Positions 39,598 to 48,400 of a stretch of 64,000 bases of DNA are shown here, piece after piece. Source of the stretch: Stella sp. (lineage in GTDB: Bacteria; Pseudomonadota; Alphaproteobacteria; ATCC43930; Allostellaceae); NCBI RefSeq assembly GCF_041913585.1, contig NZ_JAYSFE010000001.1:67033-131032 (forward strand), written 5' to 3'. Made by a program: the position numbers and the translations under genes. The notes under the pieces were generated by a model. That model saw nothing but the letters and a program-made list of their open reading frames with translations. It was not told where the DNA came from and searched no databases. How positions within the stretch are numbered: position 1 is the stretch's first letter; each line of letters opens with the position of its first letter.

Positions 39598-41064
39598 ATG
39601 GACGGGATGCTCGCTCGAACCCTGGCGGCGATCCGCCGGCGCGACTGGGACGCCGCCGCTGCCGCCGCGCTGGCGGCGACCGCGGCGGGCGGGGTCCTGC
39701 CGCGGCCCGCGGTGCCGATGATGACGCAGCTGGTCGGGGCGCTGCGCAAGAGCGGCCGGGCCGATGCCGCCGCGGTGCTCGCCGACCGGGTGATCGCCGG
39801 CGCCCCCGACGAGCCGGCGGCCTGGCTCGCCCGCTCCCACCTCGCCCAGCATCGCGGCGACCTCGCGGCCGCCATCGCCGACACCCGGGCGGCGATGGCG
39901 CGCTCGGCCGACCCGCGGCCGGCGCGCCCGCGGCTGGCCGACCTGCTCTACGAGGCGGGCGAGCTCGAGGCGGCGGCGGCCGAACTGCATGCCGCCCTCG
40001 GCCCCGAAGGCCGGGATCCGGTGCTCCTCGCGCGTTTGGCCGACGTGGCCGACGCCGCCGGGGACACGGCCGGCATGGCGGCGGCGCTCGACCGGGCGAT
40101 GGCGATCCGGCGCGCCGGCGGCGTCGGTTCCCCGGCCCTGCTGATGGCACTCCTCCGGGCCGGCCGCCTCGCCGATGCCGTTCCCGACCTCGACCTGCGC
40201 TGGGCCGCCTCGGGGGCGCCGCCGCGGCCGTTCCGGCAGCCGGTCTGGGACGGCGGCCCCGCCACCGACCGGACGTTGCTGGTGTGGGGCGAGCAGGGGC
40301 TGGGCGAGGAGATCTGGACCGCGGCCCTGCTGCCGGACGTGCTGCCGCGGGTCGGCCGGCTGGTGGTCGAGTGCGCGCCGCGGCTGGCCGCGCTCTTCCG
40401 GCGCTCGTTCCCGGCCGCGACCGTCGTGCCGCGCGGCGCCCCGCCGCACCCCGCGGCCGACGCGGCCGAACTCCCGCCCGCCTGGGTCGGCCTGCTGGGG
40501 GCGCGGGCCGTGCGGCCCGGCCCGCACCCGCCCCACCTGCGGTCCGATCCCGCCGCGGCGGCGGCCCTCCGGGCCCGCTACCGGGCGCTCGGCGACGGAC
40601 CCCTGATCGGCCTTTCCTGGCGCAGCGCCAACCGGCATGCGCCGACGGCCAAGTCGAGCCGGCTCGCCGACTGGGGGGCGATCCTCGGGCGGCCGGCGGT
40701 CTTCCTCGACCTCCAGTATGGCGACACCGATGCCGACCGGGCCGAGGCGGCGGCCGGCGGCTGGGTCGTCCATCGCGACCCGGCGGTCGATCCGCTGGGC
40801 GACCTCGACCACGTCGCCGCCCAGATGGCCGCGCTCGACGCGATCGTCACGGTCAGCAACACCACCGCCCATCTCGCCGGCGCACTCGGGGTCCCCTCGG
40901 CGGTGCTGCTGCCGCGCGGCCGCGGCCAGGTCTGGTGCTGGCTCGACGGCCGCACGCCCTGGTACGCGGGCCAGCGCATCTGCCGGCAGGAGCGGGCGGG
41001 CCGCTGGGAGGCGGCGATCGCCGGCGCAGCCGCCATGCTGGACGGCCTCTTTCCCGGGCCCTGA
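39598..41064 (+). CDS. TPR protein with C-terminal GT9-like glycosyltransferase domain
   Basis: Ala-rich helical repeats, then LLVWGEQGLG, IGLSWRS, LQYG, TVSNTTAHLAGALG. Confidence 0.75.
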   Translation: MDGMLARTLAAIRRRDWDAAAAAALAATAAGGVLPRPAVPMMTQLVGALRKSGRADAAAVLADRVIAGAPDEPAAWLARSHLAQHRGDLAAAIADTRAAMARSADPRPARPRLADLLYEAGELEAAAAELHAALGPEGRDPVLLARLADVADAAGDTAGMAAALDRAMAIRRAGGVGSPALLMALLRAGRLADAVPDLDLRWAASGAPPRPFRQPVWDGGPATDRTLLVWGEQGLGEEIWTAALLPDVLPRVGRLVVECAPRLAALFRRSFPAATVVPRGAPPHPAADAAELPPAWVGLLGARAVRPGPHPPHLRSDPAAAAALRARYRALGDGPLIGLSWRSANRHAPTAKSSRLADWGAILGRPAVFLDLQYGDTDADRAEAAAGGWVVHRDPAVDPLGDLDHVAAQMAALDAIVTVSNTTAHLAGALGVPSAVLLPRGRGQVWCWLDGRTPWYAGQRICRQERAGRWEAAIAGAAAMLDGLFPGP

Positions 41065-41132
41065 AGCCGGCTCGACAAGGCCGGCGGCGCCGGCGCATGG
41101 TGCCGCGACGCTTGCCGGACGAACCTGGATCC

Positions 41133-42305
41133 ATGGCCTATCGCTTGAATTCCCTGCTCGGCGCCGTGGTCGAGCCGCCGATCGCCGAAGTGCATGGCTG
41201 GCTCGCCGGCCACACGCCGCCCCATCCGCTCATCGACATGGCGCAGGCGGTGCCGCGCCACGCGCCGCCGGTCGAGGCGACGCGCCATCTCCAGGAGCGG
41301 CTGGCCGACCCCGAGATCGTGCGCTACGCGCCGATCATCGGCCTGGAGCCGCTGCGCGCGGCCTTCGCCCGGCATCTCGTGGGCGCCTATGGCGGCCGCA
41401 TCGCGGCCGAGAACGTCGCCATCACCGCCGGCTGCAACCAGGCATTCTGCCTCGCCCTGATGACGCTGGCCGAGGCCGGCGACGAGGTGATCCTGCCGCT
41501 GCCCTTCTACTTCAACCACCAGATGTGGCTGGACATGCTGGGCATTCGGGCGGTCCACCTGCCGTTCCGGCCGGACCGCGGCGGGGTCCCCGATCCGGCC
41601 GAGGCGGAGGCACGGATCGGGCCGCGCACGCGCGCCATCGTGCTGGTGTCGCCCAACAACCCGACCGGCGCGGTCTACCCGCCCGATGCCATCGCCGCCT
41701 TCGCCGATCTCGCGCGCCGGAACGGCATCGCGCTGGTCCTCGACGAGACCTACAAGGACTTCCTGCCGGCCGACGGCGCGGCGCACGGCCTCTTCCGCGA
41801 CGACGGCTGGCCGGAGACGCTGATCCAGCTCTACAGCTTCTCCAAGGCCTTCGCGATGGCCGGCCACCGCGTCGGCGCCGTCACTGCCGCCCCGGCGATG
41901 ATCCGGCAGCTCACCAAGGCGATGGACTGCGTCGCCATCTCCGCGCCGCGCATCGGCCAGGAGGCGGCCCTCTACGGACTGGGGCACCTCGCGCCCTGGG
42001 TCGCCGCCAACCGGGCGACGATGCGCGACCGGGTGGCCGTCCTGGAGGCGGCCTTCCGAACCAACGCGTCGGGCTACGAGCTGGTGAGCTGCGGCGCCTA
42101 CTTCGCCTATGTGCGCCACCCCCACCGCGGCCGCACCTCCAAGGAGGTGTCGCGCCACCTCGCGCGGGATCTCGGCATCCTGACGGTGCCGGGCAGCGCC
42201 TTCGGCCCCGGCCAGGAGGATTTCATCCGCTTCGCCTTCGCCAACGTCGGCGCCGAGGCGATGCCGGAGATGGCCCGCCGCCTGGCGGAAAGCCGGATGG
42301 GGTAG
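41133..42305 (+). CDS. Class I/II PLP-dependent aminotransferase
   Basis: DMAQAVP, ITAGCNQAF, SPNNPTG, LDETY, YSFSKAFAMAGHRVG. Confidence 0.93.
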   Translation: MAYRLNSLLGAVVEPPIAEVHGWLAGHTPPHPLIDMAQAVPRHAPPVEATRHLQERLADPEIVRYAPIIGLEPLRAAFARHLVGAYGGRIAAENVAITAGCNQAFCLALMTLAEAGDEVILPLPFYFNHQMWLDMLGIRAVHLPFRPDRGGVPDPAEAEARIGPRTRAIVLVSPNNPTGAVYPPDAIAAFADLARRNGIALVLDETYKDFLPADGAAHGLFRDDGWPETLIQLYSFSKAFAMAGHRVGAVTAAPAMIRQLTKAMDCVAISAPRIGQEAALYGLGHLAPWVAANRATMRDRVAVLEAAFRTNASGYELVSCGAYFAYVRHPHRGRTSKEVSRHLARDLGILTVPGSAFGPGQEDFIRFAFANVGAEAMPEMARRLAESRMG

Positions 42306-42307
42306 GT

Positions 42308-42757
42308 TCAGAGATTGCGGCGGTACTGCACGAAGCCCGAGCGCTCGGCGATCTGGTCGTAGAGGCGCATCGCCGTCCGGTTGGTCTCGTGCGTCATCCA
42401 GTAGACGCGCCCGGCGCCGGCCGCGCGCGCCCGGTCGTAGACGGCCTCGATCAGGGCGCGGCCGACGCCGCGGCCGCGCACCGCCGGCGCGGTGAAGAGG
42501 TCCTGGAGGTAGCAGGTCGGCCCGATCATCGCGGTGTTGCGATGGAAGAGGTAGTGGACGATGCCGACGACGGCGCCGTCCGCCTCGGCGACCAGCGCGT
42601 GGACCGGCTCGTAGCTGTCGAAGAAGCGCGACCAGGTCGTGGCCGTCACCTCGGGGGCGGCGGTGCGCTCGTAGAAGCGGTTGTAGCCCTCCCACAGCGG
42701 CAGCCAGGCGGCATGGTCGCCGCGGGCGACGGGGCGGACGGCGATGGTCTCGGACAT
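42308..42757 (-). CDS. GNAT family N-acetyltransferase
   Basis: CYLQDLFTAPAVRGRGVGRALI, VYWMTHETN..AMRLYD. Confidence 0.92.
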   Translation of the reverse strand: MSETIAVRPVARGDHAAWLPLWEGYNRFYERTAAPEVTATTWSRFFDSYEPVHALVAEADGAVVGIVHYLFHRNTAMIGPTCYLQDLFTAPAVRGRGVGRALIEAVYDRARAAGAGRVYWMTHETNRTAMRLYDQIAERSGFVQYRRNL

Positions 42758-42780
42758 CGGGGGCTTCTCCGGAAGGAATC

Positions 42781-43218
42781 TCAGCCGCGGGTCGGCACGT
42801 CGGGCACCCAGACATAGCCGTCGGGGTCGACGATGTAGGCCTCGCGCAGGCCATGCGGCTTGTCGGCGGCGCCGGCCAGGACCTCGTAGCCGGCGGCCGT
42901 CGCCGCCGCCTCGGCGGCGTCGGGATCGCAGCCGTGCAGGCGCAGTTCCATGCCACTGCCGCGGGCCCCGTTCTCCATCGCCCGCCGGCGCATCGGGTGG
43001 CGGTCGTAGGCATGGTCGGCGTGCAGCATCCACTCGCTGCCCTGGGCGCGCATCACCGCGAAGTCGGGGTCGGCATAGACGGCGTCCGCCCCCAGCACGG
43101 TGCGCTGGAAGGCGATCGCGCGCGCCACGTCCTCGACCATCAGGTTGACGCCGAGCCCGGCCAGGCCGCGGCCATAGGCCGGGGCCGGCATCCACGGATC
43201 GCCGGTGCGCTTCTTCAC
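42781..43218 (-). CDS. VOC/glyoxalase-like protein
   Basis: GTG start with GAGG; VNLMVEDVARAIAF, ELRLHGCDPD, KPHGLREAYIVDPDGYVW. Confidence 0.85.
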   Translation of the reverse strand: MKKRTGDPWMPAPAYGRGLAGLGVNLMVEDVARAIAFQRTVLGADAVYADPDFAVMRAQGSEWMLHADHAYDRHPMRRRAMENGARGSGMELRLHGCDPDAAEAAATAAGYEVLAGAADKPHGLREAYIVDPDGYVWVPDVPTRG

Positions 43219-43225
43219 CGCCGCC

Positions 43226-43900
43226 TCACGCCGGGTCGAGCCGGAAGCCGTCGAGATAGGCCGGGACCGGGATGCCGGGGCCGAGCCGCGGGTCGGCCTC
43301 GGGCGGTCCGAACGTGGTCCGGATCGGCAGCACGCCGGCCCAGACCGGGAGCGCATAGTCCGGCTCGTCGTCGACCGGCGGGCCGGTTCGGACCTTGGCC
43401 GAGACCTCGGCCAGATCCATGCCGACGACCGTCGTCCCTTTCAGTTCCTGCTTCGTCGCCGGGCGCAGTTCGCGCACCCGGCCGGGGAACAGCCGCTCGA
43501 CGAAGGCGTCGAGCGCGCGCTCCTTCTCCTCCGGGTCGGTGACGGCCCGGGCGGTGCCGAGTGCCATCACCGAGCGATAGTTGACCGAGTGGTGGAAGCC
43601 CGACCGCGCCATGACGAAGCCGTCGACATGGGTGACGGTGAAGCAGACCGGCACGCCGGCCGCGATGTTGCGCAGCATCCGGCTCGCCGACGAGCCGTGC
43701 CAGTAGACCCGGTCCTCATGCCGCCAGTAGGTGGTCGGCGTGACGTAGGGCTGGCCGTCGACGGCGTAGCCGACATGGCAGACGAAGCCCGCATCGAGGA
43801 TGGCGTGGGCGGTGGCGCGGTCGTAGTGCGCGCGCTTCGGCAGACGGCGCAGCCGTGTCCGCGGCGTTGTCGCGTAGGCGTCGGTCGGGGTGGCGTTCAT
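43226..43900 (-). CDS. Pyridoxamine 5'-phosphate oxidase-like flavin-binding protein
   Basis: RAHYDR..ILD..VCHVG, YWHGSSASRM, DGFVMARSGFHHSVNYRS, PVWAGVLP; start 43900 or 43930. Confidence 0.9.
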   Translation of the reverse strand: MNATPTDAYATTPRTRLRRLPKRAHYDRATAHAILDAGFVCHVGYAVDGQPYVTPTTYWRHEDRVYWHGSSASRMLRNIAAGVPVCFTVTHVDGFVMARSGFHHSVNYRSVMALGTARAVTDPEEKERALDAFVERLFPGRVRELRPATKQELKGTTVVGMDLAEVSAKVRTGPPVDDEPDYALPVWAGVLPIRTTFGPPEADPRLGPGIPVPAYLDGFRLDPA

Positions 43901-43933
43901 GGCTCCGTGGTCCGTCGGCAGGAAGACCACGGC

Positions 43934-43972
43934 ACCCTAGTGCCGAAAGTGGCTCTCGGGCATGGGCCACTA
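43934..43972 (-). promoter_or_regulatory. Candidate MocR operator and promoter for the PNPOx-like gene
   Basis: Inverted half-sites AAAGTGGCTC (43946-43955,+) and ATAGTGGCCC (43963-43972,-) flank the -35 position; -10 TAGGGT (-) at 43934-43939. Confidence 0.55.
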
Positions 43973-45478
43973 TCCGCGGGTACGCTGGACCACTTCGACG
44001 ATCCGCGCCAGCCGGCGGACCCCCTCCTCGATCGCGGCCGCGTCGTGGGCGGCGTAGCCGAGGACGAGCCCGTTGCCCGGGCTGGGGCCGGCGGCGTAGC
44101 GCGACAGGGCGGTCATGCCGAGGCCGACACGGCTGCCCGCCGCGACCACCGCATGGTCGGCAACGGCCCGATCGAGCTGGCCGACCAGATGCATGCCGGC
44201 GTCGGAGGGGTCGACGACGAGGACGCCCCCGAGGTGCCGGCGAATGGCCGCCACCAGGGCCTCCTGCCGCGCCCGGTAGAGGAGGCGCATGCGCCGGATG
44301 TGCTGGGTGAAGGCATCGCCGGCGACGAACTCGGCGAGCGCGGCCTGTGTCAGCGCCGGCGGCTCGGCATGGGCGGCGCGCCTCGCCTGCGCCACCGCTT
44401 CGGCGAGACGCGGCGGCGCCACCAGGTAGGCGAGGCGCAGCGCCGGGAACATCACCTTGCTGAAGCTGCCGACATAGAGGACGCGGTCGCCGCCATCGAG
44501 CCCGTACAGTGCGGTGATCGGCCGTCCGCCGTAGCGGAACTCGCCGTCGTAGTCGTCCTCGAGGATCGTGGCGCCGGCGGCGCGCGCCCAGTCGAGCAGC
44601 GCGACCCGGCGCTCCAGCGTCATGATGGCGCCGAGCGGGTACTGGTGCGAGGGGGTGACGGCGGCGAGGCGGGCGTCGGGCGCGAGGCGGCGACCGGCCG
44701 CGACGTCGATGCCGGCGGCGTCGACCGGCACCGGGACGGGCGTCAGCCCGGCGGCGCGCAGCGCCGAGTGGGCGTCCGGATAGCCCGGATCCTCGACCCA
44801 CACGCGGTCGCCGGGATCGGCCAGCAGGTTGCCGGCGAGCAGGACCGCCTGGCGGGCGCTGGCGAGCACGACGACCTGGTCGGCGGCGCAGGCGACGCCG
44901 CGGGCCGGACCGACATAGTCGGCGATGGCATGCCGCAGCGGCGGCCAGCCCCGCGGATCGGCCAAGTGGAGCAGGCCGCTGCCGCCGGCGCGCAGGGCAC
45001 GGGCCAGGGCCCGCCGCCATTCGGCGAGCGGAAACGCGTCGAGCGCCGGCAGGCCCGGGGTGAAGAGGCGGCCGGTCGAGGCGACCGGGCTGTCGCGGGC
45101 GAGCAGGGTGCCGCGACGCGACAGCGTCGGGCCGGGCGTGGCCGTGCCGCCGGTCGACGCCCGCGCCAGCCGGTCGGCCGGCAGCTGCGCCGCGACGTAG
45201 GTGCCGGAGCCGTGCCGCGCCTCGAGGAAACCCTCGGCGGTCAGGATGTCGACCGCCGCCGTCACGGTCGTCCGCGACACCTCCAGCATCGCCGCCAGCC
45301 GCCGCGTCGCCGGCAGGCGAGCGCCGCGGGCGAGCCCGCCGGCCAGCATCAGGTCGCGCAGGCGCCGGGCGATCTGCGCCGCGATCGGCAGGGCGCCGTC
45401 CCGTTCGACGGCGAGGTGGTCGAGAAAGGCGGCGGGCGGCCGCCGCCCCCACCCGCCGCCGCGGTTCCGCCCGGTCAG
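43970..45478 (-). CDS. MocR/GabR-family PLP-dependent regulator (start uncertain)
   Basis: wHTH RLPATRRLAAMLEVSRTTV; AAT domain EDPGY, VTPSHQYPLG, EDDYDGEF, GSFSK; no in-frame ATG/GTG before HTH helix 1. Confidence 0.88.
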   Translation of the reverse strand: MTGRNRGGGWGRRPPAAFLDHLAVERDGALPIAAQIARRLRDLMLAGGLARGARLPATRRLAAMLEVSRTTVTAAVDILTAEGFLEARHGSGTYVAAQLPADRLARASTGGTATPGPTLSRRGTLLARDSPVASTGRLFTPGLPALDAFPLAEWRRALARALRAGGSGLLHLADPRGWPPLRHAIADYVGPARGVACAADQVVVLASARQAVLLAGNLLADPGDRVWVEDPGYPDAHSALRAAGLTPVPVPVDAAGIDVAAGRRLAPDARLAAVTPSHQYPLGAIMTLERRVALLDWARAAGATILEDDYDGEFRYGGRPITALYGLDGGDRVLYVGSFSKVMFPALRLAYLVAPPRLAEAVAQARRAAHAEPPALTQAALAEFVAGDAFTQHIRRMRLLYRARQEALVAAIRRHLGGVLVVDPSDAGMHLVGQLDRAVADHAVVAAGSRVGLGMTALSRYAAGPSPGNGLVLGYAAHDAAAIEEGVRRLARIVEVVQRTRG

Positions 45479-48400
45479 TGGTCGAGCGCCGATCGCAGGG
45501 TGCGGGTGGCGACCGCCAGCATCGCCAGGTCGATGCGCGGCTGCTGGTCGAGCTCGGCCAGCAGCGCGTCGATCCGTTGCACCGCATGGGCGTGGGCGGC
45601 GCCCCACGCGGCCAGCGCGCCGGCCGGGTCCGGCTCGCCCTGGGCCAGCACGCCCGCCAGCAGGTCGGCCTGGGCGTGCGCCAGATCCTCCCGCGCCGCC
45701 GTCGCCGCCCGCCGCGCCCAGGCGTCGCCGTCGGCAATGGCGTCGGCCGCGGCCATCAGCCGGTCGAAGCGGAAGCGGGCGTCGATGGCGAAATGCAGCC
45801 GCGCCACCCGCTCGATCGGCTCGCCGGCGGCGAGCGCCCGGTCGGTGATCGGCAGGGCGGCGGCGATCCGCTCGAAGGCGGCCGCCCGGTGCGCCAGCAC
45901 CTCCGGCACGCCGCTCGCGACCCCGGCGGCGACCCGGGCTGCGAGCGTCGCCCCCTGCTCCGCCGGCAGCAGGGTCGGCAGCGCGGTCTCGACCGCCTCG
46001 GCCCCCGGCAGATGGTGGGCCACCACCGCCCCGAGGCTGGCTTCCCGGACCACCGCGGCCAGGAGGTGGGGCATCGCCGCCTCGACCAGGCTGCGGGCGG
46101 TCAGCAGCAGCCCGGTCTGGACGGCGGCGGCGACCCGCCCGTCCAGGGCCTCGACCGCCGCCCAGTAGTCGTCGAGACGGAAGATGTCGCGTGCCGCCAG
46201 CCAGGCGCGGGCGATCTCGACCCAGTCGGCGCCGGTGGCGTCCTCGACCGAGGAGGCGAAGGCGATGCCGGCGCGGTTGACGAGCGCGTTGGTGACGACC
46301 GTCGCCACGAGTTCCCGCCGCAGCGGGTGGCTGCGGCAGGCCGCCGGCAGCCGCTCGCGGATCGGCGTCGGGAAGTAGCCGAGGAGGTCGTCGTCGACCG
46401 CCGGATCGTCGGGCAGCACGGAGGGCGCGATCGCCTGCGCCATCGCCATCTTCGCGTAGGCGAGGAGCACCGAGAGTTCCGGGCGGGTCAGCCCTCGCCC
46501 CTCCTGGGCGCGGCGGGCGAGCGCCGCATCGTCGGGCAGAAGCTCGACCGCGCGGTCGAGCCGGGCCCGCCGCTCGAAGGCGCGCATCGCCCGCCCGTGG
46601 GCCGACAGCAGCCCCGGGGCGTCGGCCTGCTCGACGCTGAGCGCCTGGGTCTGCTGGTAGTTGTGGCGCAGCACCAGGGTCGCGACCTCGTCGGTCATCT
46701 CCGCCAGGAGCTGGTCGCGCTGCTTGCCCGTCATGTCGCCGGCGGCGACGACGCGGTCGAGCAGGATCTTGATGTTGACCTCGTGGTCGGAGGTGTCGAC
46801 CCCGGCCGAATTGTCGATGGCGTCGGTGTTGATGGCGCCGCCGGCCCCGCCCCGCCCGCCGATCCGCGCATATTCGATGCGGCCGCGCTGGGTGACGCCG
46901 AGGTTGGCGCCCTCGCCGACCACCCGCGCCCGGATGTCGGCGCCGTCGACGCGCACGGCGTCGTTGGCCTTGTCGCCGGCCTCGGCATTGCCCTCCTCGC
47001 GCGCCTTCACGAAGGTGCCGATGCCGCCGAACCACAGGAGGTCGACCTCGGCCGTCAGGATCGCGCGCATCAGTTCGGCGGGCGTCACCCGATCGCGGGC
47101 GATGTGGAAGAGCGCCCGCATCTGCGGCGTCACCGCGATCGACTTGGCGGATCGCTCGAAGACCCCGCCGCCGGGCGCGATCAGCGACCGGTCGTAGTCG
47201 GCCCAGCTCGACCGCGGCAGCCGGAACAGCCGCTCGCGCTCGGCGAAGCTCCTGGCCGGGTCCGGGTCGGGATCGACGAAGACGTGGCGGTGGTCGAAGG
47301 CGGCGAGGAGCCGGATCGCCGGGGACTGCAGCATGCCGTTGCCGAAGACGTCGCCCGACATGTCGCCGACGCCGACCACCGTGAAGGGCGTCGTCTGGAC
47401 GTCGGTGCCGAGCTCGCGGAAATGGCGCTTCACCGCCTCCCAGGCGCCCCGCGCGGTGATCCCCATCTCCTTGTGGTCGTAGCCCTTGGAGCCGCCCGAC
47501 GCGAAGGCGTCGCCGAGCCAGAAGCCGTACTGGGCGGCGATGCCGTTGGCGATGTCGGAGAAGGTGGCCGTGCCCTTGTCGGCGGCGACCACGAGGTAGG
47601 GGTCGTCGGTGTCGTGGCGGACGACGTCGGCAGGCGGCACCACGCGTCCCTCGACGAGGTTGTCGGTGATGTCGAGCAGGCCCTGCATCAGGGTGCGGTA
47701 GCAATGCACGACCTCGGCCTGCAGCGCCTCGCGGCCGCCGGCGACCGGCGGCTGCTTGACCACGAACCCGCCCTTCGAGCCGACCGGGACGATGACCGCG
47801 TTCTTCACCATCTGCGCCTTCATCAGGCCGAGGATCTCGGTGCGGAAGTCCTCGCGGCGATCCGACCAGCGGATGCCGCCGCGCGCCACCCTGCCGCCGC
47901 GCAGGTGGATCGCCTCGGTCCGCGGCGAATGGACGAAGACCTCGACCATCGGCCGCGGCAGCGGCAGGAAGTCGATCGCCTGGCTGTCGAGCTTGATCGA
48001 GAGGTACGGCTTCGGCCGGCCGTCGCCCTCGCGCTGGTAGTGGTTGGTGCGCAGGGTCGCGCGGAGCAGGGCGAGGAAGGCGCGCAGGGCCCGGTCCTCC
48101 TCCAGGCTCTGCACCTGGTCGAGGGCGTGCTCGATCGCCTCGACGACGCCGGCGGCGCGGGTCAGCCGGTCCTGCGCGACGGCCGGGTCGAAGCGCGCGG
48201 CGAAGAGATCGACGAGCAGGCGGGCGATGCGCGGCTGGGCTACGAGCGTGTCCTCGACGAAGCTCTGGCTCAGCGGAAAGCCGACCTGCCGCAGGTAGCG
48301 GGCATAGACGCGCAGGATGCGCGCCTCGGGCCAGGCGAGGCGGGCGCCCCGGATCAGGCGGTTGAAGCCGTCGTTGGAGGCGAGCCCGGTCCACACCGCG

